Shown: in pieces, positions 1 through 13,885 of the stretch
How the letters are laid out: each line of letters begins with the position of its first letter
Position numbering within the stretch: the first letter of the stretch is position 1
Source: Eledone cirrhosa
Lineage: Eukaryota
DNA: 64,000 nt
Direction: 5' to 3'
Assembly: GCA_964016885.1 (NCBI GenBank)
Contig: OZ024741.1
Span: 154,194,001 to 154,258,000 of the forward strand
Made by a program: the position numbers and the translations under genes
The notes under the pieces: generated by a model
The model's input: the letters and a program-made list of their open reading frames with translations, nothing else
Database searches by the model: none
Told to the model about the DNA's origin: nothing

Positions 1-2734
1 TTGGTGACATACTTTTTAATTTTTTGTGTCACATTAATTTTGTTAGCAACAGAAAATTAATGAAATTAATAAATAACTAATCAAATATTATTATGTGTCA
101 CCAGTCATGGTCTAATTGTAGCAAAAATGCCAAATTTCAAATATACCTTCAAATATTCGTAAAACATTGATCAGATGGACTTAATTTCTTGATAGACCTA
201 CAGGTTGCTAGTGACACACTAAAGTGTTTTAATACACATAGAGATTATCAATGGCACAGTAAAGTGTCACGACACACCTACAGATTGCTGGTGACACATC
301 TAGAAATTATTGGTGATTCATTAAAGTTTAAGGACAGACCTAGAGATTATTGATGAAACACTAAAGTGTCCAAAACAGCTTGGAAACCTCTGTATTAAAA
401 AAAATAGACATAAGCTCTAAGAGAACCATGTGTGCAAGGTTTTTTTGGGGTTTTTTTTTGTGTTCCAGTTTCAACCATATCTGTTAATTTACTTGGCTAA
501 TGCCCTTAAAAATGGTCTCACTATCATGCCACCTCATTTTGTACTTACCTATAAATCAAACACTTTTCTTTCAAGTATATTTTATTATGAGATTTGTTGA
601 CCAATAGTAAAGTCTGTATTCCAATATTCGATCTAATGGAAACTACTAGTAAAATTGACCACATACAATGTAATTTGAATTTTTGCTAAATTTTCTTTAT
701 GTCAACACATGATCCTCTCATAATAAGTGGGCAAAGAAGAAAAATTTAACACATAAAAAGACAGAGCTGTTAAACACAAATTGAGCAAAGAATACTTTAT
801 ATATTGTGTTTTATCTATTTATTCTTACACAAAATATTTTCTCCTACAAAAAAATGGCCTTGACCTGACTCAAAAGAAATCATTGTTATTTTGGTTTATT
901 TGATCATCATTGTCCTTATTAATATTATTATTGGTAGATTGGCTGAGTCATTACAGTGTCGGACAACATGCTTTGCGGTATAGAGTTACGACCCTTTATG
1001 TTCTGAGTTCAAATTCCACCAAGGTTAGCTTTTGCCTTTCATCCTTATGGGGTTGATAAAGTAAAGTACCAGTAATGCACTGAGGTCAATTTAATCGACT
1101 TTCTCCTCCCCTAAAATTGTTGGCTTTGGGCCTATAGTAGAAATCATTATTACTATTATTATTATTAGGGTGGGGGGGTTGGCAGTATCGTTAGAGCATC
1201 GGATAACATGCTGTATGGCATAGGGTTACGGCCCTTTATGATCTGAGTTCAAATCCTGCTGAGGCTAGCTTTGCCTTTCATCTTTATTGGGTCGATAAAA
1301 TAACGTACCAGTAATGCACTGGGGTCGATTTAATCGACTTTCCCATCCCCCCAAAAAATTACTGGCCTTGTGCCTAATGTAGAAATCATTATTATTAACA
1401 CTACAGTCAAAAAGGTGGTTCTCTATTATTAACTTCAATTGAATGACATTGAATAAAAAGAATTTTTTCAATTTATCATTTCAAATTGTATCAGGGTGTA
1501 AAGTCAGCCTTGGTTGAGTGGAGACAGTTTTGTTTTTTAATCTCCCCCTGTAATTGTTTCAGTTTTCCTCTTACAAAAAGAGCCCTGTGTCTATATTGGG
1601 TCACTTAACCTGAAAGAAAGAACAGTAAAATCTCCATCCCTCAAATTACACCTTAAAAACAAAAATTGAATAAATTTGTACATACCCCTAAAAAGTTAGG
1701 ATGGTCTTGGCAGAAGTATCTTAGATCATAGTGCTATTTGATCAGAACTTACCTGAGCCCAAACAACAATGATAGAACTCATCATCATTACCACCACACC
1801 CCTATCATCACCACCATATCATCATCATCATCATCACTATTATCACCACCACTATCATCATCAGCACAAACATCTCTATTATGATCACAACCATTATCGC
1901 TACTCTAATTATCCCATATTTAAAAACGAAAGCCATTTTATTGATTGGTCATGATACACCCAGCCATAACTACAACTACTAAATTATAAACATGTTGTCA
2001 ATAAAATAAAGTATCTGTTTACAGCACAATGACAGCATCATCATTTTATGTTCATTTTCCATGGTTACATTAAAAATCAAAGTCTTAACTCTCACACGGC
2101 AAATTTTCACAACAATCTGTCTACTAGTAAAGTTACCATAAACACTTAAATTAACAAACCAGTTTTTAAATATTTCCTGCTAAACCATTAGAGTATGTCA
2201 GGAGTTAAACTCTTCACTTGTTAGGTCTTGCTTGAAGCAGATTGGTGAGGGGCTATACACTAAATCAGTTTACCTAAAATGAGTTCTGCAAAAAGCAAAA
2301 TTCTGGGTGCTCTGCAATGTAAGGTGCCTTTAAAAAAATTTGTTTTTTTTTTATATGAATTAATTCTTTCTCTAAAACAGTGTTTTTTTCATTTAATGTC
2401 TTATTAAAATAAAGAGGTGGAGATTGTCTGTAAAATAACGGTATGGACTCTACAGTTTTTAGAGAATCATCTGCAGGTTCTGCTACAAAATAGATGAAGA
2501 ACATGAATCTCTCATTGCCTCTCCTCAATCACACTCTGAGAGCCAATAGATTACAGGGCTCTATTAAAATATGTTGCACTTTATTTATTTATTTAATTAT
2601 TAAATTCTCCGTCATTAAGAAATGAATGAAACTTTATTCTCCATTTTGCTCTTGACATGTCATTCGATTTCTTGTTTTACAAACACAAAATTCATTTCTC
2701 TTTAGAAGGAAAAGGTTTCTCAAAGTATGACAAG

Positions 2735-4948
2735 TATCCAAACTGCTCACTTTGACTGGAATAAAGCAGACTGGAACTGTTACTGCACCGAGTTGCAACG
2801 GCCAAACTGGCTTGAGTTCTACGACTCTGGAGATGTCAACACTATACTCTAGAACATCCTGAGCTCAATATGGACAGCATGTGCAGCATCGGTGTCACGT
2901 AAGCGGAAAAAACATCCCAAAAGCACAATTTGGGAGACTGCAGCAGTCCGTCTTGCCAGAAAAGAACAGCACAATGCTGAACGTGAGTACAAACTTCACA
3001 AATCAGACATTAATAGGAAGAGGCGAAATAGATCGTCCAACCACCTCAAACAGGTGACAAAAAAGGCAGTGCTTCAATTTGAGCAACGCATAGCAACCAG
3101 CCCTGACAGTAAGGTGTTCTGGAAGTATGTTCACTCAAAGCAGAGGCCTCACTCTCCAGTTGGTCCTCTTCGCAATCCCCACACAAGCCAGGTTACTGAC
3201 GACGCCAAGGAATGCGCAGAGCTCATTGCTGAATGCTATGCAGGCATTTTCACTATTGAGGACCAGAGTGTACCATCTCCACCACCTATGACACCGGACT
3301 CTATTACAACCATGGAATTTACACCTGCAATGCTGCGACGTCACCTAAAAAATAAACGCAACCATGCCTCTCCTGGTCTTGATGGTGTTACATACCTGCT
3401 TCTTAAACGTGGAGGGTACTTCCTTCTGCACCAGTTATCACGCTTCTTCCAATTCTGTCTGAACAACAGTGCTACTCCAGAACAGTAGAAAACTGCCAGT
3501 GTCATTCCTCTGTTCAAAAAGGGTGACCGCACATCACCTGTGAACTATCGTCCAGTCAGTCTTACTAGTTGCATCGCCAAACTGATGGAATCCTGTGTTA
3601 GAGAAACACTTTGGAACTTCTGGAGCTCTCACAGTCTTATCCGGCCCTCGCAATTTGGATTTATTCCCAACTCCAGCTGCTGTGATCAACTTATAGAGTT
3701 TCTTGAGGACATCACCCGGATCACTGATGGCGGCTCATGGGTGGATGTTGTTTACCTTGACTTTGCGAAAGTCTTCAATTGTGTGCCACACAAAAAGCTT
3801 ATGGTAAAACTCTCTGCAATGGGTGTGAAGGATGATCTTTTTAACTGGTTGAAGTCCTTCATTCTCGGTCGAAGAGAGGTAGTCACGGTTCTGGGACAGC
3901 ATTCCTCACCATATGAGATGTCATCTGGTGTACCACAGGGATCTGTTCTTGGCTCCCTTTTGTTTGTGGCATATATTAATGACATAGATGCCAACTTAAA
4001 GAATGCCAGAGTACTAAAGTACGCAGATCACATCAAGCTGTACCTTGAGATAAAAAGGACAGATCCTGAACACTATAGATCTTGCTTGCAGTCTGACCTG
4101 GACACAATGCAACAATGGATCTCAGACTGGCAACTCAAGCTAGCTGTGGACAAGTGCACCACCATGCATTTTGGGAGTAAAAACCCAGCGTCCACATACT
4201 CCCTCCACAGCACTAATATCAAGAAGTCTTCTTGTGAACGTGACCTGGGCATTACGGTCAGCAGCGATTTGCGCTGGACGAGGCACGTCTCTAAAATTGT
4301 CAAGAGGGCCGAGGGTGTCTTAGCATCAATCAGCAAGACCTTTGTCAGCTGCTCTCCAGATATCTATTTAAGGCTGTACATGGCTATGGTGCGACCACAC
4401 TTAGAATTTGCATCACCAGTCTGGAACCCCTATCTTGCTCAGAACATTGACCGCCTGGAAACTGTTCAGAGACGTGCAACCAAGCGAATACCCTCCATCA
4501 GGCATCTACCATACTTTGAGCGCCTTGCTTCCCTGGGTATGGATACATTGAAGCTCCGACGCCTGGCAACTGACTTGGTAAACACCCACAAAATTGTTAA
4601 CCATGTTGCCAGCAACAACCCTGAGTACCTTTTTGATTTCCATGTGTCTAACAGACGCGGGCATGCCCACAAAGTAAGAAAACAGCTCAGTTCCCATGAC
4701 TTTTGGAAACATTTTTTCACGCTCAGAGTTGCTGAAGCATGGAACAAACTACCTGCATCAGTTGTTAGCTGTCGAGACATTGCATCCTTTAAGGCCTCCA
4801 TGCTTCCCGAGATCCACCAACACTACAGCTAACACATACACACATGTACTTCTCTGACATTTGTGTATTAGTCTATGTACTATACATACACCTTTGACGA
4901 GTTGTAGAGCACCTGAGCACTTTACACAATAATTTCATTATTATTATA
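2735..4948 (+). mobile_element. CR1/L2-group LINE, 5'-truncated, defective RT
   Basis: RT motifs NYRPVSLTS, QFGF, YLDFAK, GVPQGSVLG, YADH (from YADD), VRPHLEFA, VQRRATK. Premature TAG at 3486-3488. 3' end with an (ATT)n tail. Confidence 0.92.
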
Positions 4949-6388
4949 TATAATATTAGATCTTTTCTTTTCCTCACCCCCACAAATTTTTGCCACTTTT
5001 GACCTATTTATGCTCACAAATTGCAGGCACAGATCAATGACTAGTTTCCTCTAATTCTAGTGCATGTACACACACACACACATACACTCATGCAAAAGGC
5101 AAACAACACAGTACAATGAAGAAATATATTGTTAGTTTTATACTTGGTATAGTAGGAAAAGAGTCAAATTACGCAGTTTCTGTATAAGAATAGACATTAA
5201 ACTATATCTATTATTACTTGCATCAACTGCAACCCCATTACCTAATAGGCATTGTTCCACCCTCTCCATTATACCCTAGACCTTAAACCCACATATAATC
5301 CCCCAAGATAATGTCATGCTGCACATCAGGAGGCCCAGGTTTCACAACATAACACAAAAAAAACAAATTAATAGACAAGAAAAAACTAAGCTATTAAGGA
5401 AATGAGTGAAATGATTATAAGATGAAGAATACAATAAGTCCAGTTCCTACTCCATAACCTAAAAACCAAAATATGAATAAATAAAATACTTCAATTTATT
5501 AAGAAATAAGCGAAATGAGTTCATGATGAAAAATATAAATATATAAAAAAATACTATAACTAAAGGCAATACAAAAGGTATAAATCTCAGTATCATTAAT
5601 AAATATAATATATACACTCAAATGTAAACCACAATTAAGATTAAATAAAATATCTACGTATCTACAAGCATAAAATATTCAACCACATAATCAGATAATA
5701 GCAAAAAAATTAATGAAACAAGACTTACCTATCTGGACGGTTTGGTGGTCGTAGACAAAGTAAGATATATATTTAAATTTCAAATATATATGTAGAGAGA
5801 AAGAATCATATATTGTTTGAGAAACACTTAGCATTTTGTACACCTTCCCTGACATTTGTATATTATTCTATGTACTATACATGCATCTTTGATGAGTTGT
5901 AGTGCACCTGAGCACTGTACACAATAATTTCATTATATTATATTATAAAGCAAATAATAGTCAGGAAAATATACATACTTTTCTACTATCTTAAAGTGTG
6001 TATAGTGTGCAAGAGAGAAGACTGTTGGTTTGGACATGTGATGCGAGGAAATGCCAGTGGAAGCCACAGTAGAGGTAGACCAAGTAAGATATAGGCAGAG
6101 GTTGTGAGAGCTGACCTCAAATCACTAAGACTCACAGAGGCAAAAACAAAGGATAGCAATGTGCTGAGAAGGACCCATCCAACTGATGCAAGCATGGAAA
6201 AGTGGATGTAAAAGTGATGATATATGTACAAAATGTTATGTATTTCTCAAATGATATATGATTCTTTCTCTCTACATATATTTTTTTTAATTTGAATATA
6301 TATGTATGTATTTATGTATATATATATATGCATGTGTATATGTATATATATATATATATATGTGTATGTATGTATATATGCATGTGTG

Positions 6389-6422
<34 letters not shown>

Positions 6423-6457
6423 TATGTGTGTGTATGTATATATATATATATATATAT

Positions 6458-6785
6458 ATATGAAAGACGTAAAATAAGAAAATTTTAAAAATTAAAAATT
6501 AACTTACTTACTAAAATTTTCACTCCAACTAATTAGTTTCTGTAAGGGAATAAATATAGTTACGTAATGTAACTATAGAGAAGTCCTTACGTCATCAGTG
6601 ATGGAGTGAAAATTTTAGTAAGTAAGTTAATTTTTAATTTTTTAAAATTTTCTTATTTTACGTCTTTCATATAATTGTTCTGCATCCCCCTGCATAGAAC
6701 CACAAAGGTACTAAGACATAACATATATATTTGCTAGCATGGGTATACATCTGTATACATATGTTGGTAGATATACTAATTCTCT
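6458..6785. mobile_element. Inverted-repeat cassette (~70-bp arms) with a degenerate hammerhead between (TA)n tracts
   Basis: tgaaagacgtaaaataagaaaatt...ttttcactcca / tggagtgaaaatt...ttttacgtctttca; tail on the right. Confidence 0.65.
6521..6608 (-). ncRNA. Degenerate type I hammerhead inside an inverted repeat
   Basis: Minus: CUGAUGA c GUAAGG...(nested hairpin)...CCUUAC a GAA ACUAAUUAGU U GGAGUG. Stem III is palindromic; the stem I register is off by 4 nt. Confidence 0.6.
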
Positions 6786-6939
6786 ATATATAATATATAT
6801 ATAATATATATATAAGTATGTATATATATGTATGTATATATATATATATATAATATAAATATATATATATGTATGTATATATATATATATATAATATATA
6901 TATATAATATATATATATATATAAGTATGTATATATATG

Positions 6940-6997
<58 letters not shown>

Positions 6998-7298
6998 TAT
7001 TTTATAATTAGAATTACACACAAGGTTTTTCAAAAGGGGATTTTTCAGGATTTAAAAAAATATAAATATTTTAGCCGAAAATGTTAGGTAATATTTTAAC
7101 TGAAAATATGTTGCCATTGTTGTTTACCTTGGATATCTATGTTTCTGGCATTTGTCAACAAAGATATATTTTTAGTAACATTTTCTTGTATATGTGATAT
7201 TAAAAAATAAAAATATTGCACAATTTATTTGAAAGTTATTATTATCATCATATTGTTTGTAAATGTTGGATTTGTTTTTTAGCAGCATGGTGTATAAA

Positions 7299-8350
7299 TG
7301 TTATTGAGACACGAGTAACATAATAATGACGTCAACAGCAGAAATTAGAGATGAAATGTATGTTTATTTTTGTTGTAGCACAAATAATGTTGGTTAACTT
7401 GGTATGGTCGAAGTTACACATAAAATGAGGTTACAAAAGGGAATGTGCCATTGCGCCGGAAAGCCGGCAGGCTAAGGTGCAAAATCTCACCGTCACATGT
7501 ACATGTTGCTGGTTCGAAGTTCCTGGTGCGAGAGAGAGATTCTTCAAATCTTTGCAGGTAATTTCTCCCTCAGGACGCGTAGGGATACATCCTCTTCTAC
7601 TGGCGCTGATTGGCTGAACTGAGCCAAATCACGCACAGAGAATGTATGTGAGCCCGCGGAATGTAGGTCACTACAATACTCCCCTTCTAGATGGAAGTCG
7701 ATACAGATTATTGAATCAGCAAGAACAAATGCTGAAAGAGCAAATCAGTGAAAAAATAATTGAGCAGAAGGATGCATGCAAGAAAAAAAATGAGGCGCTA
7801 AGGGCCGTGTTGAGCCGCTGTGTCAAATGACTAGCTGTTTTGTAGTTTATACGTGACCACCAAAGGTCTAACAGAAAACGGATAAAGTCTGACATGGGCA
7901 AAGTTGCTGTTCTTGCATTAAATGTTAATGGTAAGTGTTGTACCAGTAGCTGTGGATGAAGCTATTAAGGTAGTTTACCAGTGCTGGCAAGAAGATGATG
8001 GGTAGGCGAGAAAATGTTGGCCTCCCAGATGTATTGCCGAATGTGCTAGGGAGTCAGGAAAAAATGGTTGGTTGCTTTGAAAAGAAAAAAAAGCAAGTTT
8101 AATCTGTAGGTGGGTTGCAGTGTAAATTCCATAATTCGGGCGAATCCACAGAAGTGGTGGAAATGCTGACAAGTCCAGTTCTATTTGTTTTCCCAGTGAG
8201 TCGGGTAAGGTAACAAGAATGAGGTTGTTATGGACGATGAGTGTGCAACGAGATGCAGCTGCAATTAGCATTCTCGTGTTGCGGTGCCTGTCTGAATCCA
8301 GGTGAATTAAGCTCTATGAGTCGCTAGCATGTGACGGCACCTCAACCAGG
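7299..8350 (-). mobile_element. LTR retrotransposon 3' remnant: internal sequence, polypurine tract and 3' LTR (7299-7675)
   Basis: Minus strand: AGAAGGGGAGTAT directly before TGTAGTGAC..., then AATAAA, then ...CAATAACA. The first 9 nt match the 12248-12509 element. The internal boundary is approximate. Confidence 0.65.
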
Positions 8351-9619
8351 TGAAAAGGATCTCGCAGAATATTACGTTTGAAGAACATATACTAAGAACA
8401 ACATGTTGGTAGGTGACAAAGAAATGTGTGCATATGCAGGCATGTAAAACAGCAAATAAATGTGTGGGTGCAGTCATATATTCAATGATAAAAAAAATGA
8501 TGCAGTCATATATACGATGATAGAAAAAAAATGAATTTCCATATAATACAGTTTAAAAAAAATAAATGTCCAAAATAAATGCCTGAAAAAAAAAGGAAGA
8601 AAGAAAGAATGTTTCTTTTCTTTTAACAAACAGTTCGCTTTTCTTTTCTTTGGGATCGCTCTTACTAGGGAGCTAGTAGAGTTGTTGTTGTTAAAGCAAA
8701 GTCACAATTAATCTTCTGTATCTGTTTAAAATCCTTGTTTTGATACAATTTTTGTTGCAAGGGGGACATAAGGCAACAGTCAATGCCCCCAAGGAGTGAG
8801 ACCCTATAATATTTGGGCTTTTGTCTTTTGCTCAAATATTTGAATTTTATATTCTAAATGAGAAACAGGAAAAAAAAGCTAAAACCTCAACACCACCACC
8901 ATCAACCCCACAGCCACCAACATTTACACAACAGAGACCAACAACTCAAATAACACCAATCCCACATACACAACAAAAGCAAATTCAACAAAAAGTTACA
9001 AACTTCATGCACTATAACGCAATAACACAACAGAAAACTACTCAACTACACACAACACAACACCATTAATATAGAAACATATTACATGACAGCCCAAAGC
9101 AATCACACCCCACATTCATAAAAATCATTGAAATCAGATAACATGTACAAACATAAAGACAAAATTCCCCATGGAAATTGGGGACTACCAATGACCCTCT
9201 CAAAAAGAATCTATACAGACACTCTTATGAAGGAACCCACAACAGGCCAGAGGAATGAAGCAACCATCCTTCTTCAAAAAGACTAAGGTATGTGATCCTT
9301 CTCACTTTTCTTCCTCCTTATCAAACTGGTTTCACTCAGGATAGGCAGTGTTAATGCATGAGGCTTGTGCTTGTCTTGGAAGCCTGCTCAACGACCTAAG
9401 GTCTCCAACGTACAAACATTGCATCCATTTTCAGCAACTACAAGGTGTATGCATCTCGAAGTAGTCCCAGATATGAGGGTGAAATCTCTGTGTTATTTTA
9501 AAAAGGCCTGGATCTAGCAGTACAGACCATCTTCCTGGATCCTGAAGCCCATTATGTTGAATGGTTCAGAGAGGTGGCTGTTTATTCTAATGACAAAGCA
9601 GATGTTGCTGTACATTACA

Positions 9620-12176
9620 GCGATCCATCCTCTGAAAACATCTGCTCTGTGGTTAGAATAAACAGCCACCTCTATGAGTGGAAAAGAGATACCAGCTGGT
9701 CTGAGTGTGCTCTACCCACAATAACTGGCAATGAAAAAACTGCAACAACTCTGGGAAACTAAACCAGAACAACCTGCCATCTACACACCATCATAAACTG
9801 CAAGCAGGGTACAAATTGTTGTCCTTAAAAGCTCGCAGTTTATGCAACAAGATACATCTGTTTAACTCCTACGTCGGAAGCATCGACCCTGACTTCATCA
9901 CAGTCACGGAAACATGGGCACATTCGTTGCTCTGTGATGGGGTTTTCAGCATTACTGGGTACAACCTGTTCCGCAAGGACCGCATTAATTGCCGTGGTGT
10001 TGGTGTGATGGTCTACGTTCGTTCAAATTTTTCGGTAATTCCTTGCATTGATTTGAACGAATCAAAAGAATAAGTTTTTTTCTGTGACATATGTATGACC
10101 ATGTCAACACTTCTGCTTGGTGTTGTTTATCCCCCCCCCCCCCCAACTACCATCAGGACACACAGCTTTGCGATATCCTCAGAGCTGCTGCCAGGAAAAC
10201 AGCCACTCATGTGCTTATTGCAGGTGACTTCAATCATCCTGAGATCGATTGGGAAACCTTCCGTTGGCCACAAAGTGCAAACGATTTCCTTGAGCTAGTG
10301 CTGGACTCAAACTGGTCACAAGTAGTCACCTCTCCAACAAGAGGTGACAACACTTTGGACCTGCTCTTCACCACTACTCCTGAAGTGGTTCTCAGTTGTA
10401 CTACTGAGAACCTCTAGGCGACTCTGATCATGCTATGATCATTGCCAATCTGGCTCTTGCGGGCAGCAACAAAAATCAGAACCATCTCCAATCTGCTTGC
10501 TTTGATTGGAAGAAAGCAGATTGGAACTTGTACTGCACTGAGCTACAGCGCCCAAACTGGCATGAGTTCTATAACTCTGGAGATATGAACACAGAGCATC
10601 CTGGACTCAATATGAATAGCGTGTGCAGTATCAGTGCCATGTAAGCAGAAAAAAAAACACCTCAAAAGTGCAATTTGGGAAACTTCAGCGGTCCGACTTG
10701 CCAGGAAAGAACGTCGGAATGCTGAACGGGAATATAAACAGCATAAATCAGATGCCAACAGAAAAAAGCTGAATAAATCTTCCAACCATCTCAAGCAAGT
10801 GACAAAAAAGGCAGTGCTTGAATTTGAACAGTGCATAGCAGCCAATCCTGACAGTAAGGTGTTCTGGAAATATGTACATTCAAATCAGAGACCTCACTCT
10901 CCAGTTGGTCCTCTTCGCAATCCCCACACAAGCCAGATCACTGACGATCCCAAAGAATGCGCAGAACTCATTGCTGAGTGCTATGCAAACATTTTTACTG
11001 TTGAAAGCCAGAATGTACCATCTCCACCATCTCTGACATCAAATTCCATAACAACTATGGAATTTACACCTGCTATGCTGCGACGTCACCTTAAGAATAA
11101 TCGCAACTATGCCTCCCCTGGTCTTGATGGTGTTACATACCTGCTTCTCAAACGTGGCAGGTACTTCCTTTTGTACCAGCTTTCTTTCTTCTTTCAATAC
11201 TGTCTCAACAATGGTGCTACTCCGGAGCAGTGGAAAACTGCCAGTGTCATTCCCCTGTTTAAAAAGGGTGACCGCACGTCACCTGTCAACTATCGGTCAG
11301 TCAGTCTTACTAGCTGTATTGCCAAACTGATGGAATCCTGTGTCAGAGAAACACTTTGGAACTTCTGGAGCTCTCACAGCCTCATCCGGCCCTCACAATT
11401 TGAATTTATCCCTAACTCCAGCTGCTGTGATCAGCTTATTGAGTTCCTTGAAGACATTACCCGGATCACTGACAGTGGCTCATGGGTGGTTGTTGTTTAC
11501 CTTGAATTCGCTAAGGCTTTTAATTCTGTGCCACACAAAAAACTTATGGCAAAACTCTCTGCAATGGGTGTGAAGGATGATCTTTTTAACTGGTTGAATC
11601 CTTCATTCTCAGCCGAAAAGAGGTAGTCACGGTTCTAGGACAGCATTCTTCACCATATGAGATGTCATCTGGTGTACCACAGGGATCTGTTCTTGGTCCC
11701 CTTTTGTTTGTGGCATACATTAATGACATAGATGCCAACTTAAAGAATGCCACAGTACTAAAGTACGCAGACGACATCAAGCTGTACCTTGAGATAAAAA
11801 GGACAGATCCTGAACACTATAGATCTTGCTTGCAGTCTGACCTGGACACAATGCAACAATGGATCTCAGACTGGCAACTCAAGCTAGCTGTGGACAAGTG
11901 CACCACCATGCATTTTGGGAGTAAAAACCCAGCGTCCACATACTCCCTCCACAGCACTAATATCAAGAAGTCTTCTTGTGAACGTGACCTGGGCATTACG
12001 GTCAGCAGCGATTTGCGCTGGACGAGGCACCTCTCTAAAATTGTCAAGAGGGCTGAGGTTGTCTTAGCATCAATCAGTAAAACCTTTGTCAGCCGCTCTC
12101 CAGATATCTATTTAAGGCTGTACATGGCTATGGTGCGACCACACTGAGAATTTGCATCACCAGTCTGGAACCCCTA
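9620..12176 (+). mobile_element. CR1/L2-group LINE copy 2 with APE endonuclease and RT, frameshifted
   Basis: ITVTETW, GYNLFRKDR, AGDFNHPEIDW, TRGDNTLDLLF, SDH, then an RT with YADD. Several stops and frameshifts. The 5' boundary is approximate. Confidence 0.9.
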
Positions 12177-12179
12177 TAC

Positions 12180-13409
12180 CGAAATATGCAGATGGCATCA
12201 AGCTGTACCTTGAAATCAAAAGGACAGATCCTCTAACACTATAGATCTGTAGTGACTAGCGCCACAATACATCTGAGCTGAGCCTTATGGTATAGGTCCT
12301 CAGCAGATGTGTTGCAGGTCGGAAAGGCTCGACCGAAAGAGAAATAATAGCTAAGAGCTACCTTTGGCGTAGCTGTGCCTGGCCTACTTGGCAGGCGGCC
12401 AAAAGGTGAAAAGAGAGAGAGAGGCGTCAGAATGTTCCCTTATATACTGGCCATGGGGAAGTAACTCCAAATAGTTTGGTTCCGGACAGAGATGGCGCTA
12501 GTCACTACAGATCTTTCCTACAATCTGATCTGGACACAATGCAACAATGCATCACAGACTGGCAACTGAAGCTGGCTGTGGACAAGTGTACCACCATGAA
12601 TTTTGGGAGGAAATATCCAGCGTCCACATACTCCCTCCACAACACTGATATCAAGAAGTCCTCTTGTGAACGTGACCTGGGCATTACTGTCAGCAGCAAA
12701 TTGCGTTGGACAAAGCACATCTCTAAAATTGTCAAGAAGGCCGAGGGTGTCTTGGCATCACTCAGCAAGACCTTTGTTAGCCGCTCTCCAGTCATCATTT
12801 AAAGCTATATACAGCTATGGTACGACCACACTTGGAATTCGCATCATCAGTCTGGAACCCCTATCTTGCTCAGAATATTGACCTCCTGGAAACTGTTCAG
12901 AGACGTGCAACCAAGCGCATACCCTCCATCAGACACCTACCATACTCTGAATGCCTTGCTTCCCTTGGCATGGATACATTGAAGCTCCGACGTCTGGCAA
13001 TGGACTTGGTAAACACCCACAAAGTTATTAACCATCTCGCCAACAACCCTGAGCACCTTTTTGATCTCCATGTGTCTAACACACGTGGACATGCCTACAA
13101 AATCAGAAAACAGCACAGCTCCCATGACTTTCGGAAACATTTTTTCACGCTTAGAGTTGCTGAAGCATGGAACAAACTGCCTGCGTCAGTTGTTAGCTGC
13201 CGAGACACTGCATCCTTTAAAACCCTCATGCTTCCCGAAATTCGCCAAAACTACACCTGATGTCCCCCTTCCATACACATGCACACGTGTATAACACTGT
13301 TCATTTTCCTGACATTTGTACATTACCCTATGTACTATACATACACTTTTGATGAGTTGTAGTGCACCTGAGCACTGTACACAATATTTTCATTATTATC
13401 ATTATTATG
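12180..13409 (+). mobile_element. CR1/L2-group LINE copy 3 (3' part), interrupted by a 262-bp insertion
   Basis: Restarts at KYADG; RT C-terminus to LPEIRQNYT; same 3' UTR and (ATT)n tail as copy 1. Confidence 0.9.
12248..12509 (-). mobile_element. Solo LTR (or Ginger-type MITE) with 17-bp terminal inverted repeats and a GATC target-site duplication
   Basis: gatc|TGTAGTGACTAGCGCCA...TGGCGCTAGTCACTACA|gatc. Removing it restores the LINE sequence. TATATAAG followed by a CT-rich tract on the minus strand. Confidence 0.85.
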
Positions 13410-13740
13410 AATCATTCAACATCATGCGCTTGGTCTACCAAGATTATCCTCTTTTGTCTCTACTGTATGTACTGACTCTCAAGTCACTACAACACAAATT
13501 TAAGATGTTGAGGGGCATCCTGTGTGAGATATGTGTCAGCATATACTGATGATATCACTGTTGTGGTGTTGAGCAGCAAACATAATGAAATGATTGACAC
13601 TGCTCTTGAGGAATATGAAGTGATGACAGGAGCAAAAATTAACCAGGAAAAGTTGGACCTGCAGCTCAGCACCTGGTGAGGCAAGTCCATGCCACTCACT
13701 GGAAGGCATGCTTGAGGACTCTGCCCCCAACAACCCTCAC
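13410..13740 (+). mobile_element. Old L1/Tx1-like LINE RT fragment
   Basis: VYQDYPLLSLLYVL (from VRQGCPLSPLLYVL), then VSAYTDDITV...EYEVMTGAKINQEK. A possible matching endonuclease start (IGSVNA*GL) lies at about 9340. Confidence 0.65.
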
Positions 13741-13885
13741 AGCAATATGTAGGCAGAGAAGACTATTATTATTATTGTTGTTATGTATGTTTTGCACAGT
13801 GAATATGATAATTACTGGATCATCCACTGCCTGTTGGATCTCAACAAAGACCTTAGATAGACAATACTGAATATATGTGCATTGA

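Noticed and set aside
1769-1954. His-rich 61-aa ORF
   Set aside because: It is a degenerate (CAT/CAC)n microsatellite.
5722-5760. Possible micro-exon of another minus-strand gene (perfect AG|gtaagt donor after a GC-richer 22-mer)
   Set aside because: No convincing acceptor and no partner exons found.
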